From Synechococcus sp. (GTDB lineage: Bacteria > Cyanobacteriota > Cyanobacteriia > Thermostichales > PCC-7336): DNA of 64,000 bases. The translations under genes were made by a program, and so were the position numbers. A model generated the notes under the pieces. That model ran no database searches and was not told the origin of the DNA. It worked only from the letters and a program-made list of their open reading frames with translations. The DNA lies in assembly GCA_051439605.1 (NCBI GenBank), contig JBFRWN010000044.1, positions 64,001 to 128,000 of the forward strand, given 5' to 3'. Position 1 is the first letter of the stretch; each line of letters begins with the position of its first letter. Positions 40,141-50,964 of the stretch are shown here, piece after piece.

Positions 40141-40581
40141 ATGCATCTCCCCTCATTCATTTGGCTTTGGCGCATTGCCGCCTGGTCGATGGGTTGGACC
40201 ATGTCCCTTTACCTCGGATTGTTGGTGGTGGGGCTACTTCTGAGGCGGCAAAGGCTCAATCGCTCTGTACCCTATCGCAAATGGCTACGTCAGCTTCATG
40301 TAGGAGCAGGTTTAGTCATGGTACTGCTGATAGTAGTGCTCCTGACAATCGGTATCGTTGGCACCTTGGGACACTTTGGCAGTCTAGGGCATTCCTGGCA
40401 CCTACCAGCTGGGCTAACAGTGGTGGGTCTTGCGATCGCCTCCGCCCTAACCGGACGTCGTATTAAACCCAAGCATCCCAATACTCGCACCATTCACCTC
40501 AGCGTTAACGGTGCATTGGCTTTTGCACTTCTATTAGTCCTGGCCAGCGGCTGGTCAGTGGTGCAAAAGTATTTGCCCTAG
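40141..40581 (+). CDS. DUF4079 family membrane protein
   Basis: MHLPSFIWLWRIAAWSMG, GTLGHFGSLGHSWH, GWSVVQKYLP. Confidence 0.75.
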   Translation: MHLPSFIWLWRIAAWSMGWTMSLYLGLLVVGLLLRRQRLNRSVPYRKWLRQLHVGAGLVMVLLIVVLLTIGIVGTLGHFGSLGHSWHLPAGLTVVGLAIASALTGRRIKPKHPNTRTIHLSVNGALAFALLLVLASGWSVVQKYLP

Positions 40582-40715
40582 CACTGACCGCCCTAAGCGT
40601 GTGTTCTAGCAGGATCTAAACTGTGCTAACCCCATTCATGGTTAAGAAGTCCCAGAGCCCAATAGGAACCTTCAAACATCTGCTTTAGGATGATTGCGGT
40701 TTAGCTTCTACGTAC

Positions 40716-41585
40716 ATGACCTATATCGAGTTATCTGGGATTCCCCACTACTACGAATGGATCGGCGCGGATGGGGCAACTACCCCCAGCGGAGTTCGTC
40801 CCGTCATGGTATTTGTACATGGTTGGGGTAGCTCGGGTCGCTATTGGAGATCGACAGCTCGAGCACTGGCGGACATCTATGACTGCTTGCTTTACGATCT
40901 GCGAGGATTTGGGCGATCGTCGGCCCGCGCACAATCTATGCCGCTCCCCTTCGCAGACCCCCGCGACGAGGCCTATGCCCTCGAACGTTATGCCGAAGAA
41001 CTCCTTACATTGCTAAATAACTTAAATCTCGCTCGCGTATCTATACAAGCCCATTCGATGGGATCTTCTATTGCCGCACTACTGTTGAGCAAAGCTCCCG
41101 ATCGGGTGGAACGAGCTGTGTTTGCTTGTGGAGGAGTATTTGACTACAACCCTGTCACCTTTGGTCTATTCCAAAAAATTGGCGGTTTCGTGGTCCAAAT
41201 GCGTCCCGATTGGATAGCGCGAATTCCCGGCATGGATCGCATGACCATCGCCCGTTTCGTCCACAAAATGCCAAATCGACCCATCCGGCAAGAGTTTTTA
41301 GAAGACTACATGTTGGCCGACATCACAGCAGGACTTGGCACTATGTATACCAGTGTCAGCAAACATGCCAGCATTGCCCAACCAGCAGCATTTGCCAAAA
41401 TTCAGTGCCCTACGCTGATTGTTTCGGGTGAAAAAGATATCATTATCCCATCCGAACTCGGACAGAAAGCAGCAGCCCTGAATGAAAAGATTTCGCATGC
41501 TGAAATCAGCAATGTAGCCCACTTGCCTATGCTGGAGGCATCAGAAGCATATCTTGCTATCGTGCGCGATTTTTTGCTGAGCTAG
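40716..41585 (+). CDS. Alpha/beta fold hydrolase
   Basis: VFVHGWG, YDLRGFGRS, nucleophile elbow AHSMG, GEKD, AHLPMLE. Confidence 0.85.
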   Translation: MTYIELSGIPHYYEWIGADGATTPSGVRPVMVFVHGWGSSGRYWRSTARALADIYDCLLYDLRGFGRSSARAQSMPLPFADPRDEAYALERYAEELLTLLNNLNLARVSIQAHSMGSSIAALLLSKAPDRVERAVFACGGVFDYNPVTFGLFQKIGGFVVQMRPDWIARIPGMDRMTIARFVHKMPNRPIRQEFLEDYMLADITAGLGTMYTSVSKHASIAQPAAFAKIQCPTLIVSGEKDIIIPSELGQKAAALNEKISHAEISNVAHLPMLEASEAYLAIVRDFLLS

Positions 41586-41831
41586 ATTGCCCGGCCCAAT
41601 CACAATCGTTGAAGCTCGATAAAGCAGTGTTTCGAATACAGCTTGAGGTCATGGAGGACCATTCGACGACACTCTATCTACTCGAAAACAACTACTTCCA
41701 TATGCATCATGCGTTAGAACTGTTCTTTAGCTCACCCACAATCGCTCGGGACCTCAAAAAATAAAGGGCTAAAGAGTCTCCCACCTGAGATGGCCTTGTG
41801 AGACCGTGAAGGGTGAGGTTTTAGATGAACT

Positions 41832-43544
41832 ATGTCTCCAGTCCTGCGGAACATCAATCGCATGTGGCCTACGTTCAGAAGCATTATTCTAAGTTCTCTA
41901 TCCGCATCCCTTGCGGCTCTGCTCTGGTCTGCGCCCCCTGTCACTGCTGCTACCGAAATTAGTGCCTCTCTCGGCCCTGTACAGCGGTCCATTGATGTAT
42001 CGGACCTAGAAATTTTTATCGAGACTGGCGAAATTCCCCGCAGCCTTAGATGGTATGCCGATCGCTTTACTCCCGAACAGCTCGCCACACTGCGACAGCT
42101 CCTGCAGCAGCCCTTCGAGGTTGACGTGCTCACCATCGACCGGTTCACCCGGCTCCCGGCGGGGGAAACGCTGCTGCGGCGGCTATTGGTGTTATTCAAC
42201 ACCGAAGATGCCGAAAGTACTTATAAGTCACTGCGTTCTGCGCTGGTGTTAGCCGCAGCGCAAGAGGATGGTTTCACGATGGCCAACGTCATTCGCAGCT
42301 ACCCCCTCACTACCATTCGCATCAACGTCGACAACGTCCTGGCAGGCATTGGACAGGCACGAGAACTACTGTTGGATGATGACGCAGCGATCGCCTATCT
42401 ACAAACCTTAGATACCCAAGCAACAGATGCCCCAGCAACAGAGGCCTCCCCTAACGCACCGTCCGACTCTTCCGAGACTCGTATCGATCCAGCTGTATTG
42501 GCATCGCTGCCCAATCCCCTCGCATCCGGCCCTCTAGCCTGGATTCCCACTGTCATCAAATTTAAGAATCCTTTGCGAACCGAAGAAAGTCAGCAGGAGG
42601 CCAATCTCTATCTACCGCAGGATGCTAGCCCCCCTGCCCCGCTCGTTGTCATCTCCCACGGAGTTGGCTCCAGCCGCAATACGTTTGATTATCTGGCTCG
42701 TCATCTAGCATCCAAGGGATATGCCGTCGCCACAGTCGAGCATTCAGACACCAGTGCCACCCAAGTAGCCAACTACTTTGGAGGTTTTGCCGATCCCCCC
42801 TCTCCCGAGCTGTTCTATCAACGGCCGGCAGACATCACTGCTTTGCTCGATGCCATTGCCGTAGAGCCTGCCTTCGCCCAGCGAATTCGTCTAACAAACG
42901 TGGGTTTAGTCGGTCAATCTTTAGGAGGGTACACGGTTCTGGCATCAGCAGGAGCAGCTCTCGACTTTGCCTACGCAGGCCAGTCTTGCGATCGATTTGA
43001 TGCGGAACTGCTCCCCTTTAATCTGTCACTGCTGCTTCAATGTAGCCTGCTGACAATCCCCATCAACGAAGTCCCAATTAAAGACGACCGCATAGGGGCC
43101 GTATTGGCAATCAATCCGGTTAGCAGCACTGTGTTTGGGCCTGCTGGTATGGCGCAGTTAGACTTACCGGTGATGGTGGTAGCGGGCAATAACGACCTAT
43201 TTGCTCCTGCAATTCCCGAACAGCTGTTTCCGTTCACTTGGATCGGCAGCGAGCGCAAGCACCTTGTGATGGTGGAGGGGGGAACCCACTTCTCGTTTTT
43301 GTCCGGATTCGAGGAAGGGGTGGTGCAATTGCCAGAGGCAATGATTGGGCCCAATCCCAACTTGGCCCATCCAGTACTCAATGGTCTGGCCACATCATTT
43401 TTTAATGCTTACATTGCAGATCGGCCTGAATTTATCGGATTTCTGGATAACCCACCCATCCCTGCCAACAGCCCGTTTGAGTATTTCTTCTCCGATTCGT
43501 TATCCACTGCGGAACTTTTGGAGGCATTAGGGCGCAAACAGTAG
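41832..43544 (+). CDS. DUF1400 plus alpha/beta hydrolase (dienelactone hydrolase-like), probably exported
   Basis: Signal-like N-terminus, LRSALVLAA (DUF1400), VISHG, GQSLGG, GTHFSF. Confidence 0.8.
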   Translation: MSPVLRNINRMWPTFRSIILSSLSASLAALLWSAPPVTAATEISASLGPVQRSIDVSDLEIFIETGEIPRSLRWYADRFTPEQLATLRQLLQQPFEVDVLTIDRFTRLPAGETLLRRLLVLFNTEDAESTYKSLRSALVLAAAQEDGFTMANVIRSYPLTTIRINVDNVLAGIGQARELLLDDDAAIAYLQTLDTQATDAPATEASPNAPSDSSETRIDPAVLASLPNPLASGPLAWIPTVIKFKNPLRTEESQQEANLYLPQDASPPAPLVVISHGVGSSRNTFDYLARHLASKGYAVATVEHSDTSATQVANYFGGFADPPSPELFYQRPADITALLDAIAVEPAFAQRIRLTNVGLVGQSLGGYTVLASAGAALDFAYAGQSCDRFDAELLPFNLSLLLQCSLLTIPINEVPIKDDRIGAVLAINPVSSTVFGPAGMAQLDLPVMVVAGNNDLFAPAIPEQLFPFTWIGSERKHLVMVEGGTHFSFLSGFEEGVVQLPEAMIGPNPNLAHPVLNGLATSFFNAYIADRPEFIGFLDNPPIPANSPFEYFFSDSLSTAELLEALGRKQ

Positions 43545-43705
43545 CGGTTAACGACAGATTCGATAGACTTGCACAATCTAACTGCCACGCAACCCGCAGG
43601 TCTTCAATGCAAAGACGTATGAGTCCTGACTTATTAACCTTTCCTACAGAAGACGCTAAATCGCGTTCGAATTCCCTGCGTCGAGCCAACAGAAGGTAAT
43701 CCGTT

Positions 43706-44377
43706 ATGGCCTATCGGTTTCAGTTTCAGGTGATTTGGGATAACTGGGGTCTTTTTCTGCAGGGGCTGCTCAACACAATTCAATTTTCTGCGCTGGCCAT
43801 TCTATTGGGTCTAGGTCTAGGCACCGTAGGAGCATTATGCAGGACATCCAACAATCAGGTTCTTGGAGGGATTGCTACCACCTACGTTGAACTGATTCGC
43901 AACACCCCATTCCTCATTCAGCTGCTCTTTATCTTTTTTGGCATTTCCAGCCTGGGGCCAAGAATCACCTCCGATCGCGCAGCTCTAATCGCCTTGAGCA
44001 TCAACTTTGGAGCCTATGCCACCGAAATTATTCGGGCTGGCATCAGTGGCATCGAGCGCGGTCAGCTAGAGGCCGGGCGGTCTTTGGGGCTAAGTCACCT
44101 GCAGGTATTCCGCCATGTGGTGCTCAAACCAGCGATTGCCAATAGTTATCCTGCCCTCACCAGCCAAATGGTGCTGTTGATGTTGCTCTCCAGTGTCATT
44201 TCACAAATCTCGGTGGAGGAGTTGACCTACGTGGGCAATTTTTTGAGATCGCGCACCTTTCGAGATTTCGAGATCTACATCGCGATCGCCATCATCTATA
44301 TCTGTTTGACTCTGGTCTTCAAGCTGATCGCTCAACTACTTTACGGACAACTATTTAAATTCACCCGGTACACCTAG
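43706..44377 (+). CDS. Polar amino acid ABC transporter permease
   Basis: YVELIRNTPFLIQL, AYATEIIRAGI, EAA-loop variant GQLEAGRSLGL. Confidence 0.9.
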   Translation: MAYRFQFQVIWDNWGLFLQGLLNTIQFSALAILLGLGLGTVGALCRTSNNQVLGGIATTYVELIRNTPFLIQLLFIFFGISSLGPRITSDRAALIALSINFGAYATEIIRAGISGIERGQLEAGRSLGLSHLQVFRHVVLKPAIANSYPALTSQMVLLMLLSSVISQISVEELTYVGNFLRSRTFRDFEIYIAIAIIYICLTLVFKLIAQLLYGQLFKFTRYT

Positions 44378-44401
44378 CGTTGTAGGCGCAAGCGAGCGAT
44401 T

Positions 44402-45064
44402 GTGAGAGACTTCAGCAACTATCAAATTGTTGTGGCCTTGCTGTGGGCCACCCGCTGGACGTTACTGCTTTCTGGGGTCGCCTTTTTATGCGGGGGGGTG
44501 GCTGGATTTCTCCTGCTGTTAATGAGGATTTCCCCTCGCAAGCTGGTGCGCTGGCTGAGCCGAGGGTATTCCGAAATTGTGCAGGGGACGCCGTTACTGA
44601 TTCAGTTTTTGATTACCTTTTTTGGCCTTAGCATTTTAGGGTTGGAACTGACCCCTTGGTCAGCGGCAGCGATCGCTCTGACCATATTTACTAGCGCATT
44701 TTTGGGGGATATTTGGCGGGGATCGGTGGAAGCCATTCCAGAGGGGCAATGGCAGGCCGCTCAGGCACTAAGTCTCAACTATTTTCAACAATTGCAACTG
44801 GTTATCTTCCCTCAAGCGTTGCGGCTCTCCATCGCACCAACGGTCGGATTCCTAGCGCAAGTGGTGAAGGGAACATCCCTTGCTTCAGCGATCGGATTTG
44901 TGGAACTCTCTCGCTCTGCCAGCAATATTACCAACGTGACATTTGAACCATTTTTTGTATATTTAACTACCGCATTAATCTATTTTTGTATTTGCTTTCC
45001 CCTCTCGTTTTTTAGTCGAAAGCTGGAGAAAAGGTTAGCCTATCCAGTCACCACAGCGATCTGA
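44402..45064 (+). CDS. Polar amino acid ABC transporter permease
   Basis: QGTPLLIQ, GQWQAAQALSL, KGTSLASAIG. Confidence 0.9.
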   Translation: MRDFSNYQIVVALLWATRWTLLLSGVAFLCGGVAGFLLLLMRISPRKLVRWLSRGYSEIVQGTPLLIQFLITFFGLSILGLELTPWSAAAIALTIFTSAFLGDIWRGSVEAIPEGQWQAAQALSLNYFQQLQLVIFPQALRLSIAPTVGFLAQVVKGTSLASAIGFVELSRSASNITNVTFEPFFVYLTTALIYFCICFPLSFFSRKLEKRLAYPVTTAI

Positions 45065-45147
45065 GATACATTAACCCCTTAGCGAACTAAGTAGGGTCTT
45101 TATGCCCTGCCTTTTTGATTTCAGTTCAAGTTTAGGGACATCTTAAT

Positions 45148-46005
45148 ATGCGTCTTTCTATGGTTAAAAGACGGTGGTTTCTGGCAGCACTCATCACTTT
45201 TGTCACAGGCCTGTTTTACCTGGCGGCGTTTTCTGGGTCGGGCATCGGTCACTACAGCAGGGCACATGCCCAATCTACGGCAGCATCCAGCCTGGATAGC
45301 ATCATCGAATCGGGGATAGTTAGAATCGCTGTCCCCCAAGATTTTGCTCCCTTCGGCTCTGTGGACATTAACGGTAATCTAGAGGGGTACGACATTGATG
45401 TGGCAACCCTGCTAGCCAAAGATTTAGGGGTGGAATTGGACCTACTTCCCGTCACTAGTGATAACCGCATCCCCTTCTTGCAAACGAACAAGGCAGACTT
45501 GGTTATTTCTAGCATGGGGGCCAATCCCGAGCGGGCAAAGTCGATCTTTTTCTCGATTCCCTACGCACCGTTTTTCTCAGGCATCTATGGTGCCGCAGCT
45601 CTCGGGGATATCGAAAACTTTGGAGATTTAGGTGGCTACACCGTCGGGGTCACCCAAGGTACCTTAGAGGATTTGGAACTCACCGATGCTGTTGGCGATG
45701 ACGTGCAGATCGAGCGATTTGCCGACAACAGCCTCACTGCAGCCTCGCTCATTTCTGGCCAAGTGGACTTGATTGCCACGGGTAACGTGGTGGCAGCCGA
45801 ACTATCGAAGAATAATCCCGACAAGCAGATTGAAGGAAAATTCATTATCAAAGAGTCCCCCGCCCACATCGGTCTACGTCGCGGCGAATTGGATCTGCTG
45901 CAGTGGGTGAATACGTTTATCTACCACAAGCGATTGGGGGGAGATTTAAACGACTTTTCCCAAAAATGGTTCGGTCAGCCCCTACCCCCTCTACCTGCTT
46001 TCTAG
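45148..46005 (+). CDS. Polar amino acid ABC transporter substrate-binding protein (family 3)
   Basis: DFAPFG, GYDIDVA, NRIPFLQ, DLVISS..NPER, ...KWFG. Confidence 0.9.
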   Translation: MRLSMVKRRWFLAALITFVTGLFYLAAFSGSGIGHYSRAHAQSTAASSLDSIIESGIVRIAVPQDFAPFGSVDINGNLEGYDIDVATLLAKDLGVELDLLPVTSDNRIPFLQTNKADLVISSMGANPERAKSIFFSIPYAPFFSGIYGAAALGDIENFGDLGGYTVGVTQGTLEDLELTDAVGDDVQIERFADNSLTAASLISGQVDLIATGNVVAAELSKNNPDKQIEGKFIIKESPAHIGLRRGELDLLQWVNTFIYHKRLGGDLNDFSQKWFGQPLPPLPAF

Positions 46006-46168
46006 CAGCAATAAACCTCCTGTCGTCTTGCCCCCCTCTAAGTCTCACTGTTATGACGACCGTGAAGTCGTTTAGGAAATCTCAGCTATCAGAGCTCCTA
46101 CTGGGCATAAATTTGTTTGCCGTGGCTGAGATGACCCAAGCTAATAGATGGGGATTTTGATAAATGGA

Positions 46169-49100
46169 TTAGGTCTCTACTGCTCCTAAAGTCTTCAGCA
46201 CTGACTTTTGCGCTTGACTCAATCCCGTCACACCATCGATCGCCATCCCTTCGTAGGGGCGATCGGCGCGCAGCCGCTGCAGACAGTCCCCCGTCTCCAC
46301 ATCCCATATAGCAATGGTGGCATCTCGACTGCCGCTAATCAGGCGATCGCCCGAAGGCGTCAGGGCCATGGTTTGGACCCAATTGCTGTGGGCAGGCCAA
46401 TTGGCCACCTGCTTTCCAGAAGATACATCCCACCACTGCACGCTGCCATCGTTGCTGGCGATCGCCAACCGCTCTCCGCTGGGGCTAAACACGAGCGACC
46501 ACACCCAACCGCTGTCCACCGCCCAGGTTTGCAAGCAGTCTCCTGATTCGATGTCCCAAATCCTTACGGTTTCATCTGTGCTCCCACTGGCGATCAGACG
46601 CCCGTCGGGGCTACAGGCTAAGGCATACACCCACCGACTGTGGCCGTTCAAGACCGCTAATTCTTCCCCGGTTGCAGTATCCCAGATGCGCACCGTTTTA
46701 TCTTTGCTACAGCTGATCAGCCGCTGGCCATCGGGGGTGAAGCGAAGGTCACGCACCCAGTTTTTGTGATTCTGCAATACGCACCGAGTTTGTCCGGTGG
46801 CCACATCCCAGAGGCGGATCGTTCGATCGGTGGAACCGCTGGCCAGTAAGGAGCCGTCATGGTTCCAGGCTACAGCAATCACCCAGTTGGAATGTCCCTT
46901 CAGAACGCGGGCCACTCGACCGCTATTCACATCCCACAGCTGCACATCGGGTCCATCGCTGCCACTGGCTAAATACCGGCCATCCGGTTTCCAAGCCACG
47001 CATTGCTCTCGGTGAGCGTGGCCGGGGAGAGTACGCACTACCTGACCGGTGGCAAGGTCCCAAAGCTTGAGGGTGTAATCGGTGTGGCTGCTGACTAATA
47101 GAGTGCCGGCTGGGTTGAGTGCCACTGCCTGTACCCAGTTGGTGAAACCATGCCATGTCTTGAGGGTGCGACCGGAGGCGGTTTCCCAGAGCTTCACGGT
47201 GTGACCTTCGCAACCGCTAGCTAGCCTTCGACCATCGGGGTTCCAGGCTACCGTCCGCACGCAGTTTGTATGACCCGGTAACGTCCTGCAGATCTCTCCG
47301 GTGGCCACTGTCCAAAGATTTATGGTGCGATCGTCGCTACCGCTGGCCAACAGGGAACCATCAGGACTCAAGCTGACAGAGCGCACCCAATGTCGGTGCC
47401 CCTTCAAAATACGAATCGGTTGCCCCGTCCTAGCATCCCAGAGGCGTATGGTGCGATCGTCGCCACAGGAGGCAAGGAAGCGACCTTCTGGGCTGTAGCT
47501 GACAGAGCGCACCCAGCCCTGGTGCCCCTGCAGTGTTTGCTTGAGCTGACCGGATTCGACATCCCAAAATCGTACCGTACAGTCTTCACCAGCACTGGCG
47601 AGGGTCTTACCATCGGGGCTGAACTTTACCACTCGGACGGAACGGGTATGACCCTCCAGAACCCTCAGCAGCTCGTAGGTCCTGGGATTCCACAAACGCA
47701 CCGTGGTGTCTTCACTGGCACTGGCCAACAACGTAACGGCGGGATTAAATACAACCGATCTCACGGTGTCGGTATGGCTGCGCAGCGTCGCCAAAGTATT
47801 GCAGCTGGAAGCATGCCACAGTTTCACCGTACGATCCGCACTGGCACTGGCCAATAGGTAAGGTGCAGTATCCCCCGGACGACCTATTTTCATGGGGGCA
47901 AAGGTGACCCCCCAAATGTAATTGGCATGGCCCTGCAGGATGGCGTATTGCTCGTTAGTACGAGTATTCCACAGGCGAATCTCGGCATTATTATCGGAAG
48001 TGGCGAGATAGTTTCCGTCGGGGGAAAAGCTCACCGAAAGAATGCTGCCAAAGGTGTTGGTAAAAACCGAGTGGGACAGATTGCAATGACTGAAATTGCT
48101 CTGTTGCAAATTAGCTTGGCGGAAATCTGCATGCCAAATGGTCAACTTAGAAAAATCATAACCAGCCAGGCTAATGCCTAAAACACTGCAAAGGTTAATC
48201 ACATTCCCTGCACCGTATCCCGAACGATAGGCCACATCATTTCTCAACCAATCAAATACCTGCAACAGTTTTTGAGTAATCGCCTGCAAAGAACCACCAG
48301 TGGACGTTAACTGGTCTGCAATCGGTTTCAGGATGAGCAGCTTCTGGACGTCGCGGATGTATTCTGCTGCTGTAGCTTTGGTCAGGGCGACACTTTGCAG
48401 CAGAGGTAGCCCGGCAATCTCGTCCAAGTTCCCGGATAATTCTATGGATAGGTGTTGAACGAGACGATCGGTAACATATTCCATCACAACTGGCTGTTGG
48501 GTGTAACCTCCCTCCTCCTGCTCAATCAGCGATCGCCAAGTGAGGGATTCTAAGGTCTGCAAGACAGTGGCCCGAGACACCGCAGGCACTAAGTCCTCTG
48601 CTAGTTGTGTCAGCATGACCGGCTCGCGGGCAGTCGCCAGCCAATACATCACGCTTTGTTCGAGAGGGGACAGGCGGATAAACTGCTGATCCAGCAATTG
48701 TCGAATCGTGTTGAACAGGGTGATGTCCTGTTCGAGGAAGGTGGCAACATTACCGTCGAACAAAGTTTGGATGGAGGTGGCTACAATTTTTAACGGTAGC
48801 GGGCTATTTCCGTAGCGATCGCACAGCATTTCGAGCTGTGCCTCAGTGCCCTCCAACCCCCCTCGGTGCAGCAACTCCATCGCCATATCCGCACAGCCTC
48901 CCAATTGGAGGGAACGAACGGACAAGCCCACCCCTTCCAAGGCCGCAATTTGAGCGGGTTTCTCGCGACTGGTTAATGCAACGCAACTTTGGTGAGAGGT
49001 TTCTCCCACTAAGCGAAATAGCTTGCCATACAGCTCGTACTCCGGACGATACCGTCCCGCTTGGCCCGCCTGCAGAAGAGTCTCAATATTGTCCAAAACA

Positions 49101-49744
49101 ACCAGGCAACGCTGCTTGCGAAGATGATGAATGGCCCGATCTACCGTGGCTTCTTTATCCTGACCGTTCGACAAAAAATCAACTAACTCTATGAGGAGAT
49201 CGTCCAGGGGGGGACCATTACGCAACGATCGCCAGAAAACACAATCAAACTGCGAAGCGATTTGTTGACCTAGCTTAATGGTGAGGGAGGTTTTGCCCAT
49301 CCCCGCCATCCCGAACAAGCCCACCAGCCGGCACCGATCGCCCACAATCCACTGCTGCAGTTGCTGCAGCTCTTGCGAACGGCCATAGAACATCGAGACA
49401 TCGGCAGCATCCCCCCAATCTTGGCGGCTGACGTCATTGTCGCGGGCCACATGCATTGGGGGGGTCTCATCTGGCCGCACGTAATCGACCGCCTCAAGAG
49501 TTAGTCCAAACGCCTTAAAAAAAAACTCAATGGTTTGTCGATCGACCGGCACCCGTCGAGCCGTCACTTTTGTCAACGTGTTGGGACTGAGTCCCGTACG
49601 CTCGCTTAGCTCCTCAAGCGTAAACGAACGGCTGTAGTTGTCCCGCAACTCAACCGCCTCGCGCGCCTGCTGCAATTTTTGCCACCCTCTTGGGCTTAAA
49701 ATTACGCCCCTTTTGCGTCGAGTGCGCTTGACAGCTCCGGTCAT
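46169..49744 (-). CDS. XRE-HTH / NB-ARC / pentapeptide / WD40-repeat STAND protein
   Basis: [12 protein letters not shown] (HTH), Walker A GMAGMGKT, Walker B LVVLDN, TSRE, about 14 GH...WD repeats, C-terminal RPYEGM..GVTGL. Likely start at 49744. Confidence 0.9.
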   Translation of the reverse strand: MTGAVKRTRRKRGVILSPRGWQKLQQAREAVELRDNYSRSFTLEELSERTGLSPNTLTKVTARRVPVDRQTIEFFFKAFGLTLEAVDYVRPDETPPMHVARDNDVSRQDWGDAADVSMFYGRSQELQQLQQWIVGDRCRLVGLFGMAGMGKTSLTIKLGQQIASQFDCVFWRSLRNGPPLDDLLIELVDFLSNGQDKEATVDRAIHHLRKQRCLVVLDNIETLLQAGQAGRYRPEYELYGKLFRLVGETSHQSCVALTSREKPAQIAALEGVGLSVRSLQLGGCADMAMELLHRGGLEGTEAQLEMLCDRYGNSPLPLKIVATSIQTLFDGNVATFLEQDITLFNTIRQLLDQQFIRLSPLEQSVMYWLATAREPVMLTQLAEDLVPAVSRATVLQTLESLTWRSLIEQEEGGYTQQPVVMEYVTDRLVQHLSIELSGNLDEIAGLPLLQSVALTKATAAEYIRDVQKLLILKPIADQLTSTGGSLQAITQKLLQVFDWLRNDVAYRSGYGAGNVINLCSVLGISLAGYDFSKLTIWHADFRQANLQQSNFSHCNLSHSVFTNTFGSILSVSFSPDGNYLATSDNNAEIRLWNTRTNEQYAILQGHANYIWGVTFAPMKIGRPGDTAPYLLASASADRTVKLWHASSCNTLATLRSHTDTVRSVVFNPAVTLLASASEDTTVRLWNPRTYELLRVLEGHTRSVRVVKFSPDGKTLASAGEDCTVRFWDVESGQLKQTLQGHQGWVRSVSYSPEGRFLASCGDDRTIRLWDARTGQPIRILKGHRHWVRSVSLSPDGSLLASGSDDRTINLWTVATGEICRTLPGHTNCVRTVAWNPDGRRLASGCEGHTVKLWETASGRTLKTWHGFTNWVQAVALNPAGTLLVSSHTDYTLKLWDLATGQVVRTLPGHAHREQCVAWKPDGRYLASGSDGPDVQLWDVNSGRVARVLKGHSNWVIAVAWNHDGSLLASGSTDRTIRLWDVATGQTRCVLQNHKNWVRDLRFTPDGQRLISCSKDKTVRIWDTATGEELAVLNGHSRWVYALACSPDGRLIASGSTDETVRIWDIESGDCLQTWAVDSGWVWSLVFSPSGERLAIASNDGSVQWWDVSSGKQVANWPAHSNWVQTMALTPSGDRLISGSRDATIAIWDVETGDCLQRLRADRPYEGMAIDGVTGLSQAQKSVLKTLGAVET

Positions 49745-49800
49745 TTTGTTCTCAAGTCGCAGTTTGCAATCTATTTTGCATATTTCCACACAAATTTCTG

Positions 49801-49824
49801 CTTAAGTTGGGATCTTAAGTTGGG
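49801..49824. repeat. Direct repeat CTTAAGTTGGG x2 (13-bp period) upstream of the STAND gene
   Basis: Exact 11-mers at 49801-49811 and 49814-49824. Confidence 0.6.
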
Positions 49825-50203
49825 TTTTTTGCGTATTGTTATCTTTCTTTGCAGTTGCGAATACAAGAGTTAGGAGGGGGACAAACAAAATCGCCCGCTG
49901 TCCATAAAAAATACTACAAAAAATAAATATTTTGGCATAAATCAACACCAGTGGACGCAAAATAGATGAGAAAAAGTCGAGTTTCTCTCATTGATGAAAT
50001 CTTGGGTAATACAAGCTGTTATCTCGCCTTAAATAGCCCTCTTGTGGAGTTTGGGCACCTACAGATCTAGGTATCTCTAGCGCCTCTGTTGGTATGCGCT
50101 GTCGCAGCAGGCAAGTTTTAGCAAGCACAACGAACCAACCCGATCTGCTGCGGCCTAATACACCGAATTCTGTAGGCCATACTATTGCCCCAATCGGAAG
50201 GAT

Positions 50204-50728
50204 TCACATACCCTTGAGGTAATCGCGGTAGCCCACCTGCTGCAATCGTGCATCTTTACCCGCAACCATTTGCCGCAATTCCTGTCGGTAAGCCAACACT
50301 TGTACCTGCAATTCTGGCTGGTGGCTGGCCAGGATTTGCACAGCCAATAGGCCAGCATTTTGGGCATTGCCAATGGCTACGGTGGCCACAGGAATTCCAC
50401 GCGGCATTTGGACAATGGAATAAAGAGAATCCACTCCACTTAACGTGCTGGTTTTAACCGGCACACCAATTACGGGCAGCGGTGTCAAAGAGGCCATCAT
50501 GCCGGGTAAATGGGCCGCCCCGCCTGCCCCTGCCACGATTGCTTTATAGCCTTTTGCATGGGCGGTTTTGGCAAAGTCCACCATGCGATCGGGGGTGCGG
50601 TGGGCGCTGAGGATATGAACGCTGTACGGGACCTCAAATCGATCGCAAATATCGCAGGCTGCCGCCATTGTGGGCAGATCGGAATCGCTTCCCATGGCGA
50701 TCGCAATGACAGGGGCAATATCGGTCAC
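50204..50728 (-). CDS. purE: N5-carboxyaminoimidazole ribonucleotide mutase
   Basis: MGSDSDLP, SAHRTP, AGAGGAAHLPG, SIVQMPRGIPVATV. Confidence 0.97.
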   Translation of the reverse strand: MTDIAPVIAIAMGSDSDLPTMAAACDICDRFEVPYSVHILSAHRTPDRMVDFAKTAHAKGYKAIVAGAGGAAHLPGMMASLTPLPVIGVPVKTSTLSGVDSLYSIVQMPRGIPVATVAIGNAQNAGLLAVQILASHQPELQVQVLAYRQELRQMVAGKDARLQQVGYRDYLKGM

Positions 50729-50964
50729 AGGTTATCCCGCCAAAACAACTACTTTCACAGCCCCTCCTCAGTCACTCCAGTGTCTTGCTGCTGGCGCACA
50801 GGAAGAGAGCAAAGCCATCGCTAATTTATCCAAAAACGAGGCGAGGGAAAATTGCTCAGCTCAAGTGACGTGACATACCAAACAAACACCTCCCCCGAGC
50901 CAAACTGGCAATCAAGGGAGGTGAACGGAGTTGATGAGAGGGAGTTGAGCAAATACCGATCGAC

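Noticed and set aside
41651..41764. 37-codon ORF (MEDHSTTLYLL...) between two hydrolase genes
   Set aside because: The RBS spacing is too short and the peptide has no notable features. Probably chance.
46200..48060. Periodic repeats that could suggest a CRISPR array
   Set aside because: They are degenerate in-frame WD40 coding repeats, with no identical repeat-spacer structure and no cas genes.
49960..50200. Possible 6S RNA or other ncRNA next to purE
   Set aside because: Only short complementary segments are present, with no recognisable 6S, RNase P, tmRNA or riboswitch motifs.
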